Below, piece by piece: positions 53,267 through 64,000 of a stretch of 64,000 nt of DNA. The stretch covers positions 10,416,001-10,480,000 of the forward strand of contig NC_045138.2 of assembly GCF_008831285.2 (NCBI RefSeq). Reading direction: 5' to 3'. The notes beneath the pieces were generated by a model. The model had not been told where the DNA came from. It did no database searches and worked only from the letters and a program-made list of their open reading frames with translations. The translations under genes and the position numbers were made by a program. The first letter of the stretch is position 1. Each line of letters starts with the position of its first letter. The stretch is from Nymphaea colorata. Taxonomy: Eukaryota.

Positions 53267-53458
53267 ATGGAGTCTTCCAGGTTCTCCGCCGCCGCCATTG
53301 CTGCCGTCGTCGTCGCAGCCGCCGTCGTCGGAACGGCCTCCGCCGCCGGCGCTCCGGCCCCTGCTCCTGCCTCCGACGCCTCGACCTACGCCCCGGCCGT
53401 GGCCTTCGGAGTTCTTGGCTCCCTCGCCGCTTTCCTCTTCGGCAACCTCCTCTGCTAG
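53267..53458 (+). CDS. Arabinogalactan peptide (AG-peptide, probably GPI-anchored), 63 aa
   Basis: MESSRFSAAAIAAVVVAAAVVGTASA (signal peptide) + AGAPAPAPASD (Ala-Pro glycomodule and likely omega site) + hydrophobic tail AVAFGVLGSLAAFLF. GC-rich coding island with a TATA box; same layout as AGP12/13/14/21-type peptides. Confidence 0.9.
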   Translation: MESSRFSAAAIAAVVVAAAVVGTASAAGAPAPAPASDASTYAPAVAFGVLGSLAAFLFGNLLC

Positions 53459-54920
53459 GCCATGGAAGGATCCGTTTTTCCTTCCTCGTTCCTTCTGCGC
53501 TGTTGGTTCGATGACCGGCTTTCTCTTTGGGATATTATGTTTGTGTTCGGGAAGGGCGATTTGTTTGACGCACGGGCGAAGGAGGGAGGGAGGAATGCTG
53601 TTTCTCCGGGAAGTGGTTGATTTTTTACTAGACGGCGTAGGAAATAACAAGATCTGGTTTGCTTCCTTCTCCGCTCGTGTTGCCGCGGTCTCTCTGGCGC
53701 TTGCTTGTCCGACTCTGCTCTTTGGCTACATACAATAAACTTCTCTATGTATTTTTTTGTCTTTTTGTTTTTCTTCCATTGGATATTTGTTCTCATTCTT
53801 GTATGTCATTGTTTGTGTGACTTCCTGGATCCGAGTGTCCAGACCTGTAACATACAAATCCGTGTAATTTTTTTTTTCCGTATAGTGCAGAGTCTTGGGA
53901 ACATTTGATTTCTATCACCTCTTGATCTTCCTCTCGAAATTATTGCGCATTCTGTTCATCTTTTCTGCATTTTCTTTTCAAATCGCTTAGATCTGAAACT
54001 TCGCGTTGCTCGACACATTCTTCGCTCTGAAACGTTACAAATGCGACCAAATCTGTGGGAAATATGTGCGCAGTTGAGCTCTGCTTGTGGCCATCAGGTC
54101 TAACTGCTTTAGCAGTGCCATGATGATTCTTGTGGTTGTTTCCTGTGATTCGTTGCAATTTGAGCAAACAATTCTTTGATTTGGATATATGTGGCGAATT
54201 CACCTGCCATTGCCATTTCTCTGTAATAGGGTGAGAATTGAAAGTTTTCGTCGTCTTCTTCCCTCGCCCCAATTCGTTCACGTTTCACTTCATAGGATGC
54301 TAGTGAGGAGGCATGTACTTCTCGGAGGTGCATGGAGACAGATCCACAGCTGGACTGCCAGCTCTGCCACCGAATCGGAGGTCAATTATTGGCGCTCCGG
54401 GAGATGGGGGGCCGAGGGAAGGGGAAGTGGACGGGCAGAATATGGCAACACGTGGTCGTCATCATGGTTCGCACATGGTTTGCCTCTCATTGTGGGCCAA
54501 AGCCAAAGTGTTGGAGGAGCCTGGGCCTGCAGTGGGCGGCGCCTTTCTTTTAACTTGACCAGAAAAAGAATCCAGAGAAATGTAATTCCACTGCCTTTGC
54601 TTTGTTGTCGTTATTTGTGTGAAAGACATCCGAATTGATTTTAAAATATTCATTATTCTTAGCATACAATCACACAAAATAGGCTCCTATTCAAGTATTC
54701 ATCCCAGATCTTGGGTTGTTACTGAATGGCAACTTATGATAAAATTGTTTCAGTGAAAATCTGAAAATTTCCTAACCAGTTGGACAAGATGTATTTAGCA
54801 AGAATAAAAACAACGTTGACAATGAATTTTTCACAATTCTAATTTTCATCTCTAAAATGATGTTTACAAGTGTCATCCAAACACATAAGGAACTAACAAA
54901 ATTAGTTAGAGGAAACACTT

Positions 54921-54921
54921 G

Positions 54922-54983
<62 letters not shown>

Positions 54984-55243
54984 AAGATGACAATGTAAAA
55001 ACAAATAAATCTTGAAGAGCTGGTATGGGCATGTGGCTCCATCATTGCGCGGATGTATATATATATATATAAAGTTGACAATATGAAAACAAATAAATTT
55101 TAAGGAGTTGGCATGCATGTGGCTCCATCATTGAGGGGATGTATATATATATATATATATATATAAGAGTAAATATTTAAAGATGACAATACGAAAACAA
55201 ATAAATTTTAAGGAGCGGGCATGGGCATGTGGCTCCATCATTG
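54921..55243. repeat. Three ~70-bp units separated by (TA)n tracts
   Basis: AAAGATGACAAT...AAACAAATAAAT...GCATGTGGCTCCATCATTG repeated three times, each preceded by TA runs. Confidence 0.9.
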
Positions 55244-56987
55244 GGCATGACATTGGCCGCTTTGTAGTTGGAGTGGACCTTTGTTAAAATTTTAAAACTA
55301 TAGTTCTATTCTTTTTAATAAAAAATTTCTAGTTATGTGAGGGACTCGTTTTCCATAACATAAACAGAGAAAAATCAGACAATTAGCATCGGAGGACTGT
55401 TTGAGGAGGCCGTAGTTGCCTGAAGCCTCTATTTGAAGAGGAAGCTTCCTTCCTTTAGACGTTTGTTTCCCTGTCCTTGTTGTATCCCTTTTAGCTTTAC
55501 TGATGGATTAGTTCTCACTTTTTATGTTTTTTTTCACGTAAAGATATATGATATTATGTCATGGTGAGTGAGTGTCACATGTTACTACTTTCGCTTTACT
55601 ATTTTTTTTTTTCCCTCATATTTTTTTAATCTATAAATTTATGAAGCATGTGGCCCCAAAGGCTGTTGGGCCAGTGGCTTATAGGCGACTGGTGACTGTT
55701 TCGAGAGTGGCATGAATGTTGCACTTCTCTTGTACTAAAAGAAGGGAAAGAGATGCACTAGTTGAGTTGAGATGAAGTGCGAGCTCTAACCCAAACAATG
55801 ATGTGGCCATGGGCCATGGGGTAAAGCCCAAATGGAAACTTGGCTTTCATTTCTTCCCGCTCATCCAAGCCAAACTTATAAAGAATGTTACTGCAAAACC
55901 CGTTGAGATATTTTCTATTACAGGACAAAGCCGAATGTGTTTTCCTGAGAGGGGCCGTGGTGATCTTTAGCCAACCAAATCTCATCGATCAAACAGCTAG
56001 CTGTGGACCATTTTAGTGGGGAAAGAAGAAGCAATGTTAATTTGACTGCCCACTTGGACAACATCCTTCCTGGAAACTTCTGGGATGTCAAGTCCCAAAT
56101 TCATTGGGTTTTAGAACCTTGAAGAGGAGGTGCATGTGATCACATTAAACGCTTCTCAGGAGAGATATAAACTTCTTGTTTGAAACAAACAAAATTCTTG
56201 TAATAAAGTTTGAGATGAAAGTTATTGGCGATGCATCTTTTGTATTACTTATTCAGATTTTGTATAATCAAATTAGGAGAAACCAAAATGAAACTTTTTT
56301 CTATAATGGGTTAGCGGTGTTTTTTTCTTTTTTTCTTTCTTTCTTTTTGGCTTGTATTGTGGACATAAATTTAATCTAGCTAAATTTGAAACTTTTTTAT
56401 GTTTTGTTTTTGAAAAGTTGGGGAGCCCCATGTGGGGTGATATTGACACTTGTTCACATCGACCTCACAAATTTTCATTATTTTCATATAGATGCATTTA
56501 AGTATTTTACTTATTTATATGTATTAGTGGCCCCTTAAAATAATTAAAATTTTTAAAATAGTCTTTGTAAATTATTTAGAAATATTAGGCACCCATTTGT
56601 GGCCTTCAAACGTTAAGGGCCGATTTTTCGCTCCCTCACTTGTTGAGACGTTTTCTCTATTTTTTCTTCACGTTATGTTGATATTCGCATACAATATTCA
56701 GCAACTCAAAGGTCAATTCTTATGATTATCAATCATAAAATCACATCTTATGATATCAATAATTAAATTTGGTTGAAACATCTAAGATTAATTTGGAAAA
56801 CTCACTTACATACGAGTCTTTCAATAAGCTTACATGGATCCCAAGTAGGTTAAAGTTTAGAAGGGAGAAGAAAAGGAATATACTTCCAGTTTATTGAGAA
56901 GGAAAGGACGCCCAAGATGTGATGGGACATGACACCAGACGCTGGAAAAAATATCTGTGTCATTTTCAGCTGCCTAACAAAACTTTA

Positions 56988-57193
56988 TGGGTGTGTTTGT
57001 TTGTTTTTCCGTGGATATAGATTCATGAATTGATTTCCCTCCCTTCCCCACCCCCTCCTTCAACAGACCTTAAATCCATAGTTTTCTAACATGTACCGTG
57101 GACTTAATGGCATGTTCAATTAATTTGTTCTTCTAAAGCACTTCCTTTAATGCAGTCTCAGATCTTAAATCCAAGTTTATCAAACACAACCTA
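56988..57193. mobile_element. Tourist-like MITE
   Basis: Inverted ends TGGGTGTGTTTGTT / ATCAAACACAACCTA about 200 bp apart. Confidence 0.45.
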
Positions 57194-59689
57194 TGGGTAG
57201 GGCTCACAAAGACAGGTACCATCAATCTCCTCACGTAGAATCCGTCCCATGAAAAAGTGTCTTTTGTAATTCAAAATTTCCATTATTAAGACAATACTAA
57301 CTATTAAATACATGAAAAACAAAATTTTCTTATGACCATAAATTTTGAGAGGGGCAGGTTATTTGTTACGCTCTCTAGTGGGAAAAAAAAAATGATAATG
57401 AGTGTCCCTTGTTGACATGCAGCATAGGTGCATACTCCTTTTACATTCTCTGATAAAAGAACATATAACACTCAAAGGACCAGTTTGACAAATAGAATAG
57501 TTTGCAATTATTTCCTAAATCTGCTCCAAAAGTTGGTACAGAAACCATTTCTAGTGTTTGCTCCAATCTTTGAAATGGTTATATACCGTGCCATTAGTCA
57601 AACACACACGAAGGCGCCTTCGTATTTTTGGTTGATATTGTTTGCTCCATGTCAAAGACGCTCATGCCCGATCATGAGACTGCCTGTTGAATGTCCGACG
57701 CAAATCCGTTACATAACTTTGACACATTGCAACACCTAAGGGCACGATAAAATGGAAAAAACAACTTTTCTTTTTCTCTTTTTCGTCTTTGTGGGGACTA
57801 GGAAGGCTTTTCTTTGTCTTTTATACAGATGACCTGGATCATTTTCGTAAGGTTGGGCAACCTAATGCGCGTCACGTGTTGGGGGTCCCATGATATAATA
57901 TATGTCATCTTGCATATATTTTATGTGTTATTTACCTTGATTGAAGTTGCTGAATGGTAAATATTTAAGTATGAGCGTGCTATTTATTTCTCTAAAGTCA
58001 AGTAGTACGGAAATTCAAAACCCATGGTGTGATATTTACTTTGCTCAGAGCAAGGATTCCATATCCCCAAATTCTCTGTTTTTTTTTTTTTTTTTTAAAA
58101 GCTCATATCTGTCATTACTCATGCTGTCAGTAGAGCTGCAGGATTGAAAAATCAGTTAAAAGGAGAATCTTGAGAAAAATACTGCAACCTGCAGACCCAA
58201 ACTCGACGGTGGGACATGGCTTCTTTCGTTACAGACAAATGACTTCTTCTTTTCCGCTCCATCTTTTTGTCTTTTTCTTTATTTATTGCAAGGAATCTAC
58301 AAAAGTTTAGGCTCGCCAATGGAGAGAGAAAAAAAAAAATCTCCTTATTTTATAGTTCAATTTTGTTACTTGTTATTAGGATGAGAATGAATAGTATTTT
58401 ATTTACCATCCAACAAAATAATTATCTTCTCATGAATGAGAATGAATAGTATTTTATTTACCACCCAACAAAATAATTATCTGCTATTTGTATTTTGAGA
58501 CGACTCTTTTGCTGTATATCAATTCAATTCATTACCTTCTTTTGTAGCCAAAACAAAAACAACTGTTAAAACTTTGAAAACTCAAAAACAAAAAAACTAG
58601 TCATATGCTAGCGCCTGACTCAAAAACAAAAAAAACTAGTCATATGCTAGCCCCTGCTCCTCCATCTGTTAAGCCAACCCACCACTCACTCCCCACAGCC
58701 CAAGATGTTCAATCTCATTTTTTAGGCAACATATATCACGCCGATGAAAGTGGTGCCTTTAATAATGTTTTCTTTTTTTTTTTGGTAGTGCAAACTCAAG
58801 ATAACTAAAGTTGGGACATGATCCAAGGCTCCCTTCACATTCACCAGTGGTCTAATTAAACCCCAATATCAAGTTTGATCAACCTAATTTGGCATGAATA
58901 TCTATTTGGTTGACAGGATAACAGTGGTTTCACTTCAAGAGAAACAAACATGTCTTCTCTAATCGGAGAAACAGACGTTAGAAGCTCCATTTTCTCTGGT
59001 GCCCATTATTAAACGTTCATATTCAGGAAAAGTAGTATCACCCCATATGAGCTTTCCTAGCGAAGCTTCCATCTAATTTTCCGGCATCATTCCTCTCCTA
59101 TTATTGTCTCCTCCCTCACAGTTAAAACAAATTAAACGAACCCTAAGAGGGACTTCAGTAAGAAAAGCAATGTGTTCTTAGAATGCATGCTAGGAGTCAT
59201 GATATCATCATGTGAAGCATTTCATTGTCAAATCTAATGACATTCATAATCATATCCGGATTTGCGGAACAAGAACAATGGAGTTTTTAAATGATATGCT
59301 CTGAGAAAGTGTTTCAAAAACTTGGCATTTTTATAAAAAAAACTCTCTAAGAGAGCACATGTCCTTAGAAGCCTTAGCAAGAAGCAACACCAAATATCTG
59401 ACCAAGTTCACCCACCTTTAACAAGACCGCGACCTCAGGCAAACCTTTGATTCCATAGGCGTAATGTTGAGGCCATGCTTAATGCCTACTACCAATCATC
59501 ATGCACCTTGAGCTGTTCGTGAAACAATGTTTATATTGGGGGAAGGCAAGGGATTAGTCGAAATGGGTGGCATGATGAAGAAATGAAGGATGGTCAGGTT
59601 AATTAGATGCAGAAATGCTAGATACACATGGGCATAACAATTGTGAATTAAAGGGTTTTGGAATCGGTATAGAGGCAGCAGTAGAGGCA

Positions 59690-61260
59690 CGTAGAAGGGA
59701 GGAAAGGGAGTCTTTTCTCTATTCTTCGTTGACTCAATATAGTGTGTTACAAGGGAAATATATAGTTTTGATTAACCACAGATAGAAGCAAGGTTATCGG
59801 TATCTAAACACGTTGGTTACAAACTCTGTTACAAGAAAATATCTCAGAAAATATTTATTTTGATAAGGAATCTTCAATTAGTGCCTCCACCATCTCATTT
59901 TCTTGATGATGCGTAGCAGAACCCTCAGCAGACTTTGGATCAGCTTCTGGTTTAATGTCCCCTTTCAAACTGGACTGGTCTTTAGACTTAGACCAAGTTT
60001 GTTCCTCATGTAAAGGTATCGGGCTCTGCCTAAAGGTTTTGTAAAAATGTCTACTACCTCTTCACCAGAAGCAACGTATCTTGTTTCCAATAGCTTGGAA
60101 GCAACTCATTCCCTGATATAATGATAATCAATTTCTATGTGTTTGGAACGATTGTGTTGAACTAGATTCACATGACGTGTTAACATGTTGTCTGAATATA
60201 GTACAGGAATTTGAGGTGGAACAAGTTTTATATCTCGTAGCACATAAGTTATCCAAGTAATTTATGCGGCTGCAGAAGCTAACACTCTGCATTCTGCCTC
60301 TGAACTTGAGCGCACCACCGTAGGCGGTTTTTTAGTAGACCAGGATAGACAGTTTGGTCCAAGGTAGAGTACCTTGCTGTGGATCTTTGCATAACTGGGC
60401 AACCTACCCAGTCTGCATCTGCAAAACCTTGAAGCATGAACATGTTGGTAGGCTGTATGTGAAGTCCAAGGTTCAAGGTGCCCTTGACATATCTAAGAAT
60501 TTTCTTTACGAGCTGAAAATGGAACTCGGAGGAGTCTGCATATGTTGACAAGAAAAGTCCGAAGCATATATCAAATCTGGTCCAGTAAATGTTAAGTACT
60601 GTAGACTGCCTACTGGAACACCTGTAATGTATTTGATCTGAAAACGGTGGATTGTGTGGGCTGCAATGTGGTGATTCTACCATTGGAGTATTGCTGGGTT
60701 TGCATCATTCCCCTATTGTCTCTATGAAGTATGTCCATTGCATATCTCATTGGTTCAAGAATATAGAATTTCCATCTCTTTTCAATTCAATGCCAAGGAA
60801 GTGATGTACATAGCCAAGATTTGTCATAGCAAAGGTATTGCTGCTATAAGAAATGAATTCATTCAAAAATTCGTGTTTATCACCTGTTATGAGTATGTCA
60901 TCGACATGCACAAGCAGTGGATCAGCAACACTACAAGAAAATCCTTAAGAAATTAAAAAGGCACTGAACCTATTAAACCACATGCGAGCTTATTGGCATA
61001 GACTATATAATGCCTTATTTAATTTTCATACAAATTAGTCTTCATTGGAACTTTAAATTCTGGCGGCTGGCTCATCTAATGCCTCAAGGACAAATGCATT
61101 TTTAATATCTTTTTGGTGTATAGGCCAGCCTTTTGATAGCGCCATTGTAAACATTACATTTATTGTGGTTGGTTTCATAAGATGTGAAAAAGCTTCAATA
61201 AAATTTACTCCAAGTACTTGATTATACCTTGTTATCACCCCAAATTTTTCCAAAAAGAAT
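59690..61260 (-). mobile_element. Degenerate Ty1/copia RT-RNaseH and probable 3' LTR
   Basis: Minus strand encodes GVNFIEAFSHLMKPTTI...GWPIHQKDIKNAF (RT), VKKILRYVKGT, LQGFADADWVGC, RSKHIEIDYHYIRE and DIFTKPL (RNaseH). Purine tract TGAAAGGGGA near 59958-59968. Confidence 0.85.
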
Positions 61261-61901
61261 TGTATTCCATTTCACTCAAGCGAAATTTTCAGTTATTTTG
61301 ACTATTTGGATCTATCTTTGGGCCCTAAGCCCAACCCTATACCCAAAACAAGCTTCTATATCAATACCTACGTCCAATTCATGACAATTCGATCCAGAAA
61401 GAATCTCTAGACCCACATTTGAGTCCAAACGCAAGATTAAAATCTAAAATCTAACTTTAGACAAAGAGTCAGATCCAAATCCAAGTTATAGATCTAAAAT
61501 ACTGAAATTCATCTGAAATATGAAGCCAAAGTCCATAACTAAACCCCCACAAATGAAATCAAGTCCAAACTAGGAGAACAGACCCATAAAGCCGCTCTCA
61601 ATTCCAAATTAGATCCAAAACCAAAGTCTAGATCCAAATTGAGAATTTCAAACTCAAAATCCAAAGTCATACCAAAACAACAAATTTCAATCCTATCGAG
61701 CGCCACGAGCACATGCACAGACCTTTCCTTTGTTTTGTGTCTTGTTCTCGCACCAAAAATGTGTTTTGAGCTTAAACCACTCACCTAATCCTTGATCCAA
61801 GCCTTAGGCATCGAACAGGATGCATCGGCTACCAATCGAACCCCATCCGGATCTAAATCATGCGTGGAATCATTCAAAATGGAGTCGATCGCAGCCCCAT
61901 T

Positions 61902-64000
61902 TGTAACAAAGAACAGTTTACCCTTTTAAAATACACATTTAAAAAAAGAATTTTTATGTTTTTCTTTTTTATGAATGGGACCCTTGGAGGCCAAGGAGGT
62001 GAAATCCACCCCTTATTGGTCCAAAAAAGACAAAAAAACCACCCCTTGGGGGTGGTTTTGAGTCTTATGGGTGGGCAATAGCCTTACCTACACCCCAAAG
62101 AGGCGTTTGCAAGGCTAAGGGCTAATCCCACTTGGTCAAAACCTATTTAAAAATAAATAAATTAAATTACTCAAAAGTAATTGAAATTAGAATGAAAATA
62201 TTGTTAAATTAAAAAAAAATCAAATATAGAGTTTTGGCTCCAAATATCCTTATAAAGACCCCCACAATCTTCTCGCTTGGACATGAGCTAACTCTTGGAA
62301 AATCTCTAGTGCTTTCCTACTTGAAGAACTAAGAATATTCCCTAGCTCTCTCTCCATTTCTCTCCACTCATCTTCTTCTTCTTCTCCAACCTTGGGAGTA
62401 AGCTTCTCCAACTTCCCACTCTTCAAATGAGTACGAGGAGACCTCTTGGAGGAACATCTTCATCACCTTGGAGCTTTGCCTGAGAAAACCATAGGATCAT
62501 TTGAAGAAGGAGACTCATTTCTAAATCATTTTCATTAGAAGTGTGTAGTCCTCTCATTTTTATTTATTTTTGTTTCTCTTTGCCACCTCCCTATGACTGT
62601 ACAAGAGAGTTTTAAAGATTTTCTATCGGGATTCAAGAGCTACTCTTGAATGCATCGGGGGTATGAGCAAGGCAAAATAAATTATATTTCTTCATTTATT
62701 TTTGAAATATGCTTCTTACATTTTTTTGTTCATCATTCATGTTTGAGATTATGTTCATGCATGGTAGACTAATTTTTTCTTAATTTACATGCAAATGAAA
62801 AGTAAGAATGAGTATTTGAGTTGGGAATTCTTCATTATTATATTGATTTTGAGATTGAGATTTGTTTAACCCGGGAAAGCCCTTCATGAATGTATACATG
62901 TTAAAATGCATCTTCATAACATTCTCACGTTTAGCTTTTCTCTTAATCACATGATTAGGGATTCCAATGAGTATTTTCTTACGTTGCTCTCCATTTCGTG
63001 TGTGTTTGTTTTCCTTTCATATGTAATGGTGGGAGAAATGAATTTCCTTGTAATAGATGAAATGATTATGGTTTTATGCTCACGTATAAATTTTCAGAAT
63101 CATGTTTTCAAAAGAATTTCAAAATTGAGAACTCTCTTCAATGAGCCTTGGAGACTTAGCCTAGGCTCTTTAAGCCCAAGTTTCTCTCCAGCCTACATAG
63201 AAAAATCAAAGTCGGATATTTTTCAAGTTATTTCTTGATTTCAATTTTTGCAATGGCATATGTGTATATGCATGTTATATATGTATACATGCACATAATT
63301 ATCTCTTTTTGTTCTTTTCTCTTTATGATTTAACATATATTTTTACAAATTTTCATATACATATACATATAAATGAATATATATGTGTGTTCTAGTTTCT
63401 ATCTCTTGAACCTTTTATCTCACTCTTTAAGTTAAGGTCCTCTTTTACAAATTTTCATATATATATACATTGTTTTTCTTCTCTATCCCTCCCTCTCTAA
63501 AAAAACTTAGTATTTTCTCTCTAAAATCTTATTCTCTCTCTCTAAAATCTTTTCTTTCTCTAAAATCTCTCTTTCTTCCTCCCTTTCTCAAATCTCCTTC
63601 TCCCTCTCCATTCGAGTTAGTACTTTCCTTTCACGAACGTTCATATACGTATGTATATGCATATATATGTATAAATAAGTATATGTTGTATATGTATATA
63701 TATTCCTCTATCTCCTTAAAACTTTTTCTTTCGAGATTTTGAAAATCTCTTTCTCTTTCATTTTCTCCCTATTGGATTAAAATTTTTTCTTTCCATTCTT
63801 TCAAGTATTCCTCTCCCAAGAACTAAGACTTCAACTTTTCATTTATCGACTTTGCCAAGGCTGAAACTCAACTAATAATTCATTATTGGATTTATGTTTG
63901 ATGGTCTACAACATCATTCCATTTTTTAAAATTTTTTCTCTTCATAAAAATATTTACAACAATTATACAAATAAAAGTAGGAAACTTAGATGTATGTAAT
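61902..64000 (+). mobile_element. Possible long LTR of a gypsy-like element running off the window end
   Basis: Starts TGTAAC; contains TATAAA followed by a CT-rich tract and LTR-like AT-rich sequence. No partner repeat visible. Confidence 0.3.

Noticed and set aside
18010..53458. Terpenoid biosynthetic gene cluster around HMGR
   Set aside because: No terpene synthase, oxidosqualene cyclase, P450 or transferase genes are visible in the window.
53198..53796. Longer ORFs overlapping the AG-peptide gene
   Set aside because: They are shadow frames of a GC-rich coding island with no recognisable protein features.

Overview
This is plant (angiosperm) nuclear DNA: AT-rich, intron-containing and dense in transposons. 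Two genes look intact. One is a four-exon HMG-CoA reductase (HMGR, minus strand, 18010-21514, 565 aa). The other is a single-exon arabinogalactan peptide (AG-peptide) gene (53267-53458). Two genes look damaged and sit tail-to-tail: an SPX4-like phosphate-sensor gene with several frameshift, stop and splice lesions (42916-46504, minus) and the last two exons of a paladin-like PTP/phytase-domain gene (38584-39410, plus). Most of the rest is nested transposable elements, many with ends readable to the base. A FAR1/Mutator-like relic carries an opposite-strand GRF zinc-finger remnant and hosts an internally deleted chromovirus with both LTRs and a target-site duplication (TSD). A TRIM sits inside a hAT MITE. 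An old Tekay-like gypsy element has one long terminal repeat interrupted by a non-autonomous copia element, which itself holds a Harbinger-like insertion and a 27-bp array. Copia RT/RNaseH relics lie near the end of the window. I see no CRISPR array, rRNA or intact tRNA, and no convincing new biological system. The most notable observations are the decayed SPX4/paladin pair and the transposon nesting. All family assignments come from motif recognition, not database searches.
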